Below, piece after piece: positions 1 to 11,761 of a DNA stretch of 64,000 nucleotides. Position 1 is the stretch's first letter. Every line of letters starts with the position of its first letter. Both the position numbers and the translations under genes were made by a program. This DNA is from Magallana gigas (lineage: Eukaryota): assembly GCF_963853765.1 (NCBI RefSeq), contig NC_088855.1:1116001-1180000 (forward strand), given 5' to 3'. Below the pieces are notes generated by a model, which searched no databases, was not told the DNA's origin, and saw only the letters and a program-made list of their open reading frames with translations.

Positions 1-1775
1 TAAAATTCCCTGCTGGTGAAATAGCTAGCAAACATTTTGCTGTGTTTTTAGACTTATATGTACTATATGTAGCTGCTTGAGCAGTTGGAGATCTAGGTCG
101 TTGTAAAAAAAATTCAGTACAATCTATAATTGCACGTGTATTAGGGTACTGCTTTCTAAAGGACAATGGCATATACTTTTTTACTTGTCTCCGAGATGGC
201 CATCTCAAAAAGTTTCCAAATGTATTTGACATAAAAGTTGTCCAAGTAATAAAAATCTGGGACACCCTACTTTTAGATACACCAAACAGATCAGCAATAC
301 AAAACTCAAATAATCCTAAACGTAAGCGAACAAGTGAAAGAATAAATTCCTGATAAAAAGATAATTTTCTTGATGGACCAGGTTTTCCATGTCTGTTCCT
401 CTGGTAATTTTTCTCCTGAGCACTGGGTGGACCTGACCAGTATTTTAATGCAGAACACTTGGCAGCTAAAATATTGAAAATACCCAATAGCATAGCAAGT
501 GACGGTAACCCTGTGTACAACTTAACATTCTCATCATTTTTGGTAACAGTCTCAATAAAACATTCTCTTAAAAGAGTGGTCTTGTCATCAAGTTTTGCTT
601 GAAGTTGGTGGATTTGATCAGACATTATGTTGATATCATTCATGGTCATGTCCGTTTGCACTGCTGTATCCTGGACGTTCACATCAGTAGAACCTGGTGA
701 TGTACCAGCAGCATAAACATGATCGAGGAAGGGAGGATTTGTAATACATTCCACTTTCTTCACATGCTTCACACCTGAAAATTTTTTTATAATGAGATTA
801 AATTAAAATAAAGTGATACAGCGGGTATAATCAATGAATGGTCACACTATTTCTAATTCTTTAAAACTTGAAGCTTAAATTTAGAGTTGAATAAATAATT
901 ATATCAAAAGTCAGATATAAAAATATGAAGTTTTTTCCTACTCATTTTTATTGCGATTTAAAAAATTAAACGACAGTTAAAATATGTATGATAACAGGCT
1001 AGAAAGCATGTTTTTGATTAATAAGTAATTACCCTCAGATCTATCATGACTGGTGTTGATTTCATATTCCTCAGCAACGTAGGGGATGTTGTCTTCTTCA
1101 TAATGATGAAGAGGTATGTCACTATTGCTTTCTTTTGAAGTTTCCTCCTCATCACTGATATCATCTGGCATCTGGATAGAGTTGCTTGTTTTCCTGTTAA
1201 ATCAATTTCATTTTAGAAAAGGGCTAGGTTTTTTTTTATTAACAATCAAGAGTTAAATACATGTAATAGTGTTAAACATATTTTCACATTAATAACAAGC
1301 AGAAAAATCCCTAACATTTGACATGAAAATAGCTGAATTTATATTCATGACACTCATCACATTCTATAGATAAACAATGAGCTTGAAAGAAATCATAAAC
1401 TTTTATAGATGAAAAGAAAGAACTGTCGTCTGCTCATTAAGTTTGCCAATATTCAACAGTCAATATTATATTATTATGAGGCATTCATTAATAACTATAC
1501 CTAGTATAAGACGATTTTTTGAAATTGTTGTATGGAAATAATGTCGGAGTATTTGAGCCGGGCTCAAAATGGCAAGAACAAATTCTTGTATATTTGTTTG
1601 GCACCCAAGACTTCTCCCGTCTGCTGAGCCTTATCCATTGGTTTCTTCTCCTTTGGTCCTACTTTTTAGGCAATGAATAAAAAGTTACATCTTTCATGTG
1701 TGGATGTTTATCCAAATCTTGTAGTTTTCTTGTCGAAGATGTGCATTCTGGCACGCAGCAATGATAGACCGGCAT
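1..1775 (-). mobile_element. THAP-domain + DDE_Tnp_4-type transposase gene (PIF/Harbinger superfamily, ISL2EU-like), spliced, probably inactivated, 3'-partial
   Basis: Exons 1775-1501, 1193-1033 and 774-<1 join in frame through GT-AG introns. Exon 1 is a THAP zinc finger (MPVYHCCVPECT...QWIRL...RICSCHF...PTLFP) with an in-frame TAG at 1659-1661. Exon 3 has HTH-like EFILSLVRLRLGL...ADLFGVSKSRVSQIF and the catalytic region RAIIDCTEFFLQRP...YSTYKSKNTAKCLLAISPAG, typical of Harbinger/ISL2EU transposases. Confidence 0.88.
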
Positions 1776-2267
1776 AGTTGTCAATATAAACAAATCTGTC
1801 CCACCTTCCGGTTTACTCCGAGACAAAATTTACCTCCGCGCGCGAAGAGCTACGTCAAGGGAGGCTATCTCGAAACAGACGTATTTAAAGGGTACAATAC
1901 ATGTATAGTTTTTCTACTAAATAATAACTTATAACTAAACAAATTATATCTTTAAATATTCAGCAGATCTAATGGTTATATTTGTTAACCATCAAGCATC
2001 CTAAAGTACAAACAAATAACGTTAAACTTAACTCTCCGGAGCGAAATAATTCCGAAATTAATGCCTAATACAAGCTAGAACCGAATTAAACATTTAGTGA
2101 GTTTTCAAAACAGGTTCGAGAACTATGTTTTAAACACTGTGTCGGATAATTATGCCAGTGCAAAGATGGCTTTTTTGCGCCCGTCATAGGTGCATATATC
2201 GAAAAGTTCAACTGTATCCCATGGTAGACCATTGCTTGAATAGTTTAATTACAACCAGCTTTGTTAA

Positions 2268-2765
2268 AGGGGCATGGCCACGATTTTGGTCAAATTCTAT
2301 TTTTAGTTTATATTATTTTCAATACTTTAGAAATGCATTTCTAATGATCAAATGAAATTTAAGAGTAATTCGTAGAGTTAAAAGCAAGATACAAGGCTGA
2401 CAATTCTTTGTCATGTAAGCAAGGCTTGTGCCCTGTTTTTGTTTACGATGGTTCAATATACTAGTAAAAAATCTTTTTCAAGCTGATTTGTCTATATTCT
2501 TATCTATTTTAAGCATGATTAAACAGATCCTAACGTTAAAAACCTTCATTTTAGGTTTAACATTTGAATTTTCTGTTTAACATTCAAAACGTAAACAAAT
2601 GCTTTGTTTACATAGCAAAGAATTTCAAGCTCAGAGTCTGTAACTTGCTAATAATTCAACGAATTACACTCAAATTTCGGTTGTTTATGAAGAATGCCTT
2701 CCTGAAGCATTGTAAATATTAAAATCGGGAAAATAATTTTTGACCAAAATCATGACCATGTCCCT
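2268..2765 (+). mobile_element. ~500-bp non-autonomous DNA transposon (MITE), TTAA-flanked, Kolobok-like
   Basis: TTAA|AGGGGCATGGCCACGATTTTGGTCAAA ... TTTGACCAAAATCATGACCATGTCCCT|TTAA. Terminal inverted repeats, purine-purine termini and TTAA flanks fit Kolobok (piggyBac starts with pyrimidines). Other copies occur in the window. Confidence 0.8.
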
Positions 2766-2809
2766 TTAACTTTCTATCTTACCTGTCACGTAAGATATTT
2801 ACCCGAAAT

Positions 2810-3100
2810 AATAAATTCCTACTGGAAAATGATTTTTCCCATAAAAAGATTCCTACAAGTAATTTCTTATTGGAATACAAAAATTTCCTATAGGAATTTC
2901 AATTCAGAAAGGGTATGATAAAATCCGATAGGATATCCAAATTTCCTATAGGAAAACTACCTTTCTGAAACCTACAGGAAATATCATTTTTCTATAGAGA
3001 ATATAATTTCTATAGGATTTTTTAGAAAATACTATAGGAGTGCCAATATTTCCTGTAGAAGAATCATTTCTCCAATGGAACCTATCATTTTTCCATTAGA
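2810..3100. repeat. Degenerate short tandem repeat built on TTCCTATAGGAA-like palindromic motifs
   Basis: Recurrent variants (ttcctactggaa, ttcctataggaa, cctacaggaa, tctatagaga, tactatagga, tcctgtagaa) at irregular short spacing. Confidence 0.55.
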
Positions 3101-3374
3101 TGATCATTTTAAATGGTAAATATCTCACCTGTCAAGTGAAACACACTAAAAACAAAAGTGGTTATATACTCTCTAAACAATGATATATTATATGGTATTT
3201 ATAGATTTTTCCTAAACTGCATGTTTAGAGGGTGCAAAAATGCGACCTCAGCACTGGCATAATAATCTAGCACAGTGTTTATTTTTGCTGCTGTAGTTAA
3301 AAAATTGTTTTGATGCATCGACACGTTTCCGGACATTTGAAGCTAACGATTTTTTTATCTCTTAAAGAAGCGTT

Positions 3375-3600
3375 ACCTTACACAACAAATGTTATACACA
3401 ACAGTACGTGTAGCGGATGCAAAGAATTATATATAGGAGAACTTTGCGCACCTGTATTTGTATACACAAACAACACGTCAATCAACCCGAGTGCAGAAAA
3501 ATTAAACTTAATGAACATCTTGATATTTGTGGCCACGGGCAATATATAAGGATAACAACCGAACGCGTCGACTCATTCCAATTGCAAATGAGTTAAGTTA
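3375..3600 (+). mobile_element. Degraded Penelope-like element fragment, GIY-YIG endonuclease region
   Basis: Translation TTNVIHNSTCSGCKELYIGE, then after a frameshift ...HKQHVNQPECRKIKLNEHLDICGHG. This matches the CxxC-YIGE/HKQH/EH pattern of Penelope GIY-YIG domains. Confidence 0.65.
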
Positions 3601-3776
3601 TAATAAAGGGTTGGATTTGACCTTCCTCAAGTAATATAGAGGCCTTAAGCAAGGTTTATTTAACAACCTTGTGCAATTCTCTCTAGTGTTAATTTATACG
3701 AATAAATAAAAAACAAACATTAACATTATCATTGCAAAAATTTGCTAATTTAATATCAGTTGTAATGCTTTGATAG

Positions 3777-6713
3777 ATTTGGCACAAGACCGGAAGTTCA
3801 CTGAAGTTTGTAAAGAAGGTCACATCAGTCGATACTGTCCGCCTGCAGGTTGAACTATCACTGTCACCAGGAACTGAGGTTCAGTGGGTTGTAGACTCAA
3901 CCATAATTGGAAGTAAGTTTCTTTCAAAAAGTCATTATTTTAAAATAAAATCATTGATTACTTTTGAAAAAACCCAGAGATCCAATTGAAACCTACAAGG
4001 AATGTTGAATGATGGGATGTATAATGACTTGTCGTGATTTTGATTTATTCGGTAATTCTATTAGTTTGAATTAAATACTCAAAGCGTTAATTTTTTTAGC
4101 AAATGAAAGTAAATTTGGCACCTCGAGTACAAAGCTGGAACGCAGTTCACAGTACACAATCAATTTGTCGAAATCAGTGGAATTTCTTGAGCTGATATCG
4201 GTAACCCCAGAAAACGTTTACACCAGGTATAACATAGATGTACAAGGACACGATTCAACAAGGTATTTCAATGACAGTGTTTGTCAGGCAGCTGTTAACC
4301 AAACCACCAACACCTCCGCTTCTGCTTTTTTTCGGTGTTCACCAGAGTTGGATACTAGAGATTCATGGTATCAAGATATCGCTCTCATAGCTAGATCTGA
4401 AAATGAAAAAGTCAGGTTCAAGACCTTAGAAATAGAGCCGAACCCCTTCATTAATGTAACGTATGATCGGAATACAACAGCCAATGGAACGGTCATCTTT
4501 TCAGACGAAATCTTGGATAAGACTAAAAGCTTTTTGTTTCTGAACAGCATTCTGACTGTGAACGTCTACGACATAGTGAAATATATTACACATAGATATA
4601 CACAGGACATCAGTGCAATAAAAACGAATGGTGAGTTTGGATATATAGACAATACCTATTTGGATCCCAAATTATCGGAGGGCAAGTCTGTAACAATATC
4701 CTGTGAAGCGATTGGAAGAAACCCCCCTTCTATTAGAGTGGAGAGAGATGGGATGACAATATCAGATACAGGTGATGTTTACATTACCAGCAGTAGGTCC
4801 ACGGTTTGGTCAACCTTCTATGTAACTTACCTTCACACATCGAAAGAAATTGAGGGCAAATACACATGCGTCGCAGACGGCAAGAGCAGAGAAGTGTTTC
4901 CATTATATAACATTGAGTTAAAGCCAAAAGTAAAATGGGATCTAATGAATGGTGGCAACGTTACCTACGAGGTATGCTGACTGTTAAGGGGATGTGCAGC
5001 CATCTTGTACATTTTAGGATAAGAATGTAAACATGTCTTGAACTAGCTTGTTTCTGCCTACAACTGGCCAATTTTTGTTGTTGAAATAATATGCATATAA
5101 ACACAAACAAAAAAAGAAAAGCAAATAAAAAATATAACATGCACACCAACTTATTAATTGACAGCTCTAAATATAAGGATTTTCCAGTATGTGATTATAT
5201 TATACACAAACAGCATGAACATAATATTTAGAACATATTTTCATTTATGAGAGAGAAGAAGGCGGAGAGAAAAAAGCTGACGGGGCAACGGTTGCTTTGC
5301 GGCATAACTGTTTATCAGGGTTTGCTTATCAAAAAGATTTATCTAATTATTTTAAAAAGCATCATACATTCTGTTCACAAATAGTTGGGGATATAGTAAA
5401 GACTTGCTAAATTCTTTCAATAATATTCTTCAAGTGTCTCTCAAATTGTTCAAATTCACATTTCTTTAAAGGTAAATATTTTTCCACAAGAAGCATGTTT
5501 TCAATTTTTCAATGTTTTCTGACCAAAAATGTTGCAAAAAGATATAAAAGCAATAAATACGAGGTCCTAAATGTCTTTTTGTTTAAAAAGTATGCACACA
5601 AGAACAAGACAATGCCTTTTTCATCACTCAGAACAACTGTCGAACTGCGCAGCTACAGACTTATTTGGAAGATTTAAAATGTGAAAACATATGAAGAGGG
5701 TTCATCGGTGACCTCTCCTCTTATCCTTAAATGTACAAGATAGGTGCACATCCCCTTTAACAGTATTTATTCGAGTTTATTAGAATTTAGCTTTAGTCAG
5801 CAATTTTTTTATTTGAGAATTAATTGCTTACAAATGATTTCTGTGTCAACACTTTCTATTATTCCTTTGTCAGCATCAAATATCAATCTCTTTGATGATT
5901 CTTGCATAATGTTTAATTTGTTTTTTAGATGTTTTGATGATTTTTAAAAAAAAAATTTTTTATATGTTTTGATAATAACCAACGAATCAGTTTGGTATTA
6001 ATCTTTAAGAAACCTGCTTTGTTCAGAAGCCTTTATAAACCAAACAGATGTGGTACTATATAAATAGTGCCTGTTTGGGAGGGTAACAGTTGAAATTGAC
6101 ACCCCGAGAAAACCATTGTCAACCGACGCGAAGCGGAGGTTGACAATGGTTTTTGAGGGGTGTCAATTTCAACTGTTATCCTCCCAAACAGGCACTATTT
6201 ATTTTGTTATACTGAATGTCTTAATTTTTAAGAAAATTTTACTGCTTTTATATAGGAATAACGTGAATTCTACAGCGAACCGTACGCGCATAATTTTCGC
6301 GCATGTAACATTTTTTAATGTTACCCGTTGCTTAGTGCGTTGCTAACGCTGAGGGTAATAGAAAATATTATTAACTGCGTCTTAACCAATCAGATTTCAG
6401 TATTTAACATGAAAGTATAACAATAAACAGTAACACTTCACAAACAGTCCAAAATGTAATGATGTTTCTTTTTATTTAGAGTAAACTTCTAGTGCTAGAA
6501 GGATCTGAGGGTCTGGATGTATCTTGCTCCAATTCTGAGAACGATACTGTTATTGTGTTTGACAAAGTTCAACGGACGACTTTGACAAAATGGACTGAAC
6601 GGTTAGAGGTTTGGATTCCCTGGCCAGCACAAGCGTTGGAACCTTTCCATATGGGGTACATCAATTGTACATCAACAGACAAAAATGGGGAAAATACTTT
6701 TGTATTATACTAG
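3777..6713 (+). CDS. Ig-domain protein, paralog 1 (probably secreted); signal-peptide exon not found in window
   Basis: Exons 3777-3912 (136 bp), 4100-4971 (872 bp) and 6480-6713 join in frame with GT-AG boundaries. Ig I-set-like motif EGKSVTISCEAIGRNPP...EGKYTCVADG. Many N-glycosylation sequons. Exon-for-exon homologous to 15448-17359. Confidence 0.8.
6061..6420 (+). mobile_element. Palindromic non-autonomous element (Crypton-like architecture), copy 1
   Basis: ~140-bp near-perfect hairpin 6061-6200 with a CGC-GAA-GCG tip, then a tail ending AACCAATCAGATTTCAGTATTTAACATGAAAGTATAA. Highly similar to 11111-11460. Family assignment is from recall only. Confidence 0.7.
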
Positions 6714-7319
6714 TATATATGAACCTGAATTAAATTCTTATAAAGCATTTAACCCAAGTGAGGATGTTTGACATGGCCCAAAATAACCATACAGATAAAT
6801 ATTATCGATAACATCTTGGTTTATTTAAATGTCAATAAATCAAACTGTCCAAGTGAAAAGTTGCCAATCAACCTCCATCAAAATATAAAAAAATTAATTT
6901 CATTGACATTTTTTTATGTTCAGAAAACCAAAAATAAAGTTCGATAATACCATTCCGCATTTACATTAACTGATCTTTCTCGGAATTTCTCAAATTCACG
7001 ATTAACATCCGAATCTTTATGGATTGACACTTAAAATGTTTCATATCTGCAACATTCGCTTTTAAAATATGAATAGTTTGTATATTAGCTATATCAAATA
7101 TAAAACTAAAACACATGATAAACGACGAATAAAGTGATACTTTAACATAGGTTAGATTAAGGCCAAAATATACTTGATATAATGATTATCAGAAACCGTT
7201 ATTTGTCAACAAGTTAAAGGTAGGATGAAACAGTAAAACTCGTCTAGTACGAACACGGATATAGCGAACTCTGGGATATAGCGAAGTTTTTTTGAATCCA
7301 TTTAGCAAAACACAAACTC

Positions 7320-7890
7320 AAAGAAGAGCAAACACGGACCTCTAAAAAATAGAGATGGGGGCAGGTGCCTAGGAGTAGTGAGCATCCTTTGCCTACAGCT
7401 GGTCACACCCGCCACCACGAAATACTGTTTTTATTGGAAATTATTTCCCCTCCTTTCCTGGAGTGTAATGTTTGTAAATAGCTTTGTCATTATTGTTGAC
7501 GTTCAATTCGTTTATCGTATCTATGAATATTTGGAAAGCAAATATATTTACAGATGTTGCAAGCATTTCACATAAACAACAGCTGTCGCAATTAATCGTT
7601 AACATATGTTTCTTTTGGATTTCTCTTATTGGCCACACTTGATTCATTATTATCTCTGTTCATCACGTATCAGAATCATTAAACACATCTGATTTGGTTC
7701 TTCTTTATTGAGGTTTACATGAAAAAATGACAATAAAAAACCGTGAACCATCCATAAAACGAAATACAAATTCAAAGCAGAGGAACACGGACCCGTTATA
7801 GATAGGGGTAGGATCAGGTGCAAAGGAGGAGTGAGAATCCTCTGCTGACTGGTCACACCAACCGTGTGCTCTTTGTCGTAATCGAGGAAA
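7320..7890 (+). repeat. Two diverged copies (~7325-7425 and ~7775-7885) of a dispersed repeat, possibly Penelope-associated
   Basis: Shared AACACGGACC...GG(G/AT)CAGGTGC...GGAG...AG(C/A)ATCC...CTGGTCACAC. Confidence 0.5.
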
Positions 7891-8038
7891 AAACGGAAAA
7901 GACCGTAGACAATTAGGTGATTAATTATGGTCAAACAATTAGTATGAAACACTTCAGTCAGCATGCGACCCATGAGTCATGCAACACGTATAAGATATAT
8001 GATAATAATGTTTCAATGTTATACCATTAAATTTTTAA

Positions 8039-8527
8039 AGGGGCATGGTCACGATTTTGGTCAATTCTATTTTTATGTTTTTTTATTATTTACAATGCTT
8101 TAAAAATGCATTTCTTATTATCATATAAAATTTGAGAGTCATTCGTTGAGTTATAAGCAAGATACAGGGATCACAACTCTTTGTCATGTAAACAAGGCTC
8201 GTGCCCTCTTTTTGTTTACATAGGTTCAATATACCAGTAAAAAATCTTTTTCCAGCTTATTTTCCTATCTTTTTATTTATTTTAAGCATAAATAAACAGT
8301 TCCTAACGTTTTAAACATTCGTTTAAGGTTTAAAACTGAAATTTTTACTTCAACGTTTTAAACGAAACAAACGGTTTTTTTAAATAGCGAAGAATTTCAA
8401 ACTCTGTAACTCACTTATAACTCAACAAATGACAATCAAAAATCGGTTGCCTATCAAAGATGCCTTTCTGAAGCATTGTAAATATTAAAATCGAAAATGT
8501 AATTGTGACCATCGTTACCATGCACCT
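8039..8527 (+). mobile_element. Kolobok-like TTAA MITE, copy 2
   Basis: TTAA|AGGGGCATGGTCACGATTTTGGTCAA ... ACCATGCACCT|TTAA; internal sequence aligns with 2268-2765. Confidence 0.8.
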
Positions 8528-8844
8528 TTAAAGTTGTTTTTAGATGAACATCAAAATACATCAATCTTTTCCATTCTGTAATCATTCCGGAAATGAAATA
8601 TTGTTCATCATTTAACATTTTGAACGCATTGTTTTTTAACAGAAAGTATCTTAAGTGTACACAACATTGCATTAGTTGATCTAAGTGTATTTTCATGAGT
8701 TCTTCCAACTTTTGAATTTTGGAACAAGTACCTCCTTTAAAACCTGCTGTGGTATCTTTCTTTGCTCTTGCAGTCTTTCATTTCCCCTTTGAAATTCCGA
8801 AATTAGAGTGCTTTAAATCTCTGCATCATTAGACTTGATATTAG

Positions 8845-9030
8845 TCTATTTCAGTAATGACATCAGGTCATTCGGGTATATCGACGACGTATTATCAATT
8901 GAAAATTGTTATTTCCATACTTACGTCGACTCGATATATCCCAGTAAACTTAGAATAAATGATACCACCGAGTCTGCATCATCTGTCTCATATTTACATG
9001 TAGATTATTTGCTTGAAATGGACATTAAAA
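8845..9030 (+). mobile_element. Penelope-like reverse transcriptase fragment
   Basis: SFGYIDDVLSIENCYFHTYVDSIYPSKLRINDTTESASSVSYL...LL: YIDD catalytic motif and the IYPxEL-IKDTT-S-SASYLD-like segment typical of Penelope-like RTs. Confidence 0.8.
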
Positions 9031-9499
9031 GTCAGCTTTCTGTTATATTTTACTTTGTAAATAACTTTTTAAAGTAAGGGGGAAATGTTAAGGTTAACGA
9101 TAGCTGACCTAAACATGACATGTATAAGCTAATGAACAAACTTAATGACATATTTTAGATACAGTACTTGTATTAATCTTTTGAACATTTAAGCGAAAAG
9201 TGCTCTCAAATGCCTCTTTTCGATTATGTATTCCTTCAATAGCTGTACATGTAACTGTCTTCCATTATGTATCGAGAAAAATTATTTTGCTCGAATTTGA
9301 GAAGTGGATTCATACTCAGGAACCTGAAGATGTTTAAGGTTGTCGCTGAGTGACTTTGCGGCTTCAAAATAATAACTTTCAGTATGTTTACATAGCTTTT
9401 ATTCAGGTGATAATTTACAAATAGATTTCCTACTGTTCCAAAGACTTCAAATAAAGGTACAAAAAGGGATCTGAAAAATAAATGAAATGATAAATACAC

Positions 9500-9830
9500 A
9501 GATAACATTATTTTATTCATACTTACATTTTACTGCACATTACTTTACGAAATACATTTGTCTGTATCAACACTTATATTTGCACATTTTGCAGTACATA
9601 ACTTTACTTCTTTACTACATATACTTTATACAATCACTAGACTCGTACACGAACTTCACTTTCATATACTTGTGTACTACATAAATACATTTATTTTACG
9701 GCAACTAGTACGCGTCTTACTCTGAAATACATACAACTTATGTTTACATTACAACAATACACATACTTTTACTTTATACTTAATATTTTTCATAATGATA
9801 TTACTGGTTATCACACTTTACTTTAAAATA
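9500..9830. repeat. Degenerate low-complexity TACAT/TACTT repeat
   Basis: Dense recurrent tacat/tactt/ttac units with a G-poor + strand. Confidence 0.55.
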
Positions 9831-11110
9831 CTTTAAATTACTCACGGAAAATATAAAACAAGGTTATCTGGCCATTTTAGGAATAAATACGGCATTAAAT
9901 CCGTCTCAATAAAATAAAAACAAACTTACCCAGAATAGTTAGACTCTGGTCAGCAATACTTACATGTTATAGGAAGAAGTGCTTTATATGATATGAGGGA
10001 GCTTGTTGAAAACGTCCGCTGTCTCCAATTGCTATGCTCAGTCTGAGTTCCTAAATGCACGGGATTAGAACCCGTCCAGTAAAACCAGCTGAGTGAACTT
10101 TAAACTTTGGAAAGCAACTTTGACGATAAATTAGTTACATTATAAACGTAGCACAAAATGTATGGAAAGTAAGCATGGACGTAAATTGTGACAATGTTTT
10201 GAATCATATGATAATTTTATTATGTAAGTAATCAATGAGAAATAAGCAATTGTCGTCAATTTGTATTTTGATGATAAAAATGTTGATATGTATTGATACC
10301 AATCTTTTCCAAAGTACTTTCAATTTGTCCCAAAGGCCTATTTGCGGTATTATGCATTTTCGCCTCCAAAATTAAAGTTTTATAAAAAAAACTTTAAAGA
10401 TAAGGGGTTAGATAGTCTTGTTTTGATAAATTGATGTTTTGTGGCAAAATATGGGTGTTTTCTGATGGTTTTTCGACAGGTTAACATCGAGCGCAGGCTT
10501 GTTTAAATACTATTTTTTTAATATTATTTGTATAATCATATGAAGAAAAACATGTGTTAAAATCGTACCTGAGCAGACCTGTGCTCTATTTTTCCTAATC
10601 CAAAATAAAAAGAAAATATGAGAATATTTTTATTTGTTTGCAAAGGTCATTTAGATGACGTCATAGTTTAATATCGAATGAGCAGTGATGATTTAAATAA
10701 AGATTTAAGTGATAGCCATACTTTGTTTAATGTTTTACAATGAGTTATGAAGATTTTTTTTATATCATACTATTTAAAATTTTGATAAAATTGGGGGTTG
10801 CTGGGCAGATATTTGACCATATCAAATATAGTCATTTAACGCACTTTGATAAAAACAAAATAGAATTTGTCCCAAATTTAGAATAGCATTAATTTTGTTG
10901 CATAATTGGAAATTCAGTTCGCTATATCTTTAAATTCGTTTAATCTAAAGTCGTTAAAACCGTAAAAGTTTGTAAGAGTTTGTTAAAACTTTACCGGGGA
11001 AACCACAAGACTATGCTTCATCCAAGATTTCGCTATATCCGTGATTGCATTGTTAACGAGCTTTACTGTACAAATCAGAGATCACACATAACACATCAGG
11101 TGACATTATA

Positions 11111-11460
11111 TAAATAGTGCCTGTTTGGGAGATAACAGTTGAAATTGACACCCCGAGGAAACCATTATCAACCGACGCGAAACGGAGGTTGACAATGGTT
11201 TTCGAGGGGTGTCAATTTCAACTGTTATCCCCCCAAACAGGCACTATTCATTTTATTATACTGAATGTCTTAACTATTCGTACTGCTTTTATATAGAAAT
11301 GACGTTAATTCTACGGTGAACCGTGTGCGCATAATTTACGCGCATGTGACAATTCGTTGTGTTACCCGTTGCTAAGTGTGTTGCTAACGCTGAGGGTAAT
11401 AGAATGGATTTTCAACTGCGGCTAAACCAATCAGATTTCAGTATTTAACATTAAAGTATA
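11111..11460 (+). mobile_element. Palindromic non-autonomous element, copy 2 of the 6061 family
   Basis: Aligns end to end with 6061-6420, including the hairpin and the AACCAATCAG tail. Confidence 0.72.
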
Positions 11461-11600
11461 ATAAAAAAAAACATACTGCACTGAGGTATAAAAATCAATA
11501 TGGAGTTTCACATAATTCGTTCATGTTTAACAGGACATAGTTTAAAATATCAAGACTGATCAAACAATATTTTGTAAAATATATCCAATACCATGCCATT

Positions 11601-11647
11601 TAAGTATTGAATCCTTATTTTTTGAAAGATATAGTCTCATAACTGCA

Positions 11648-11679
<32 letters not shown>

Positions 11680-11761
11680 TTAGCGCGTTATGAAAATATG
11701 TTTGCACACACCGTTGCAGTTATGAGACTATATGTTTCAAAAAATAAGGATTTAATGCTTA
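11601..11761. repeat. ~160-bp palindrome with AACGCGC-GTTA-GCGCGTT tip
   Basis: Arms taagtattgaatccttattttttgaaa...tagtctcataactgcaacggtgtgtgca / tgcacacaccgttgcagttatgagacta...tttcaaaaaataaggatttaatgctta. Confidence 0.8.

Noticed and set aside
8454-8790. ~90-codon open minus-strand frame next to a MITE
   Set aside because: No clean in-frame acceptor, its 3' part runs into the Kolobok MITE, and no motif is recognisable.
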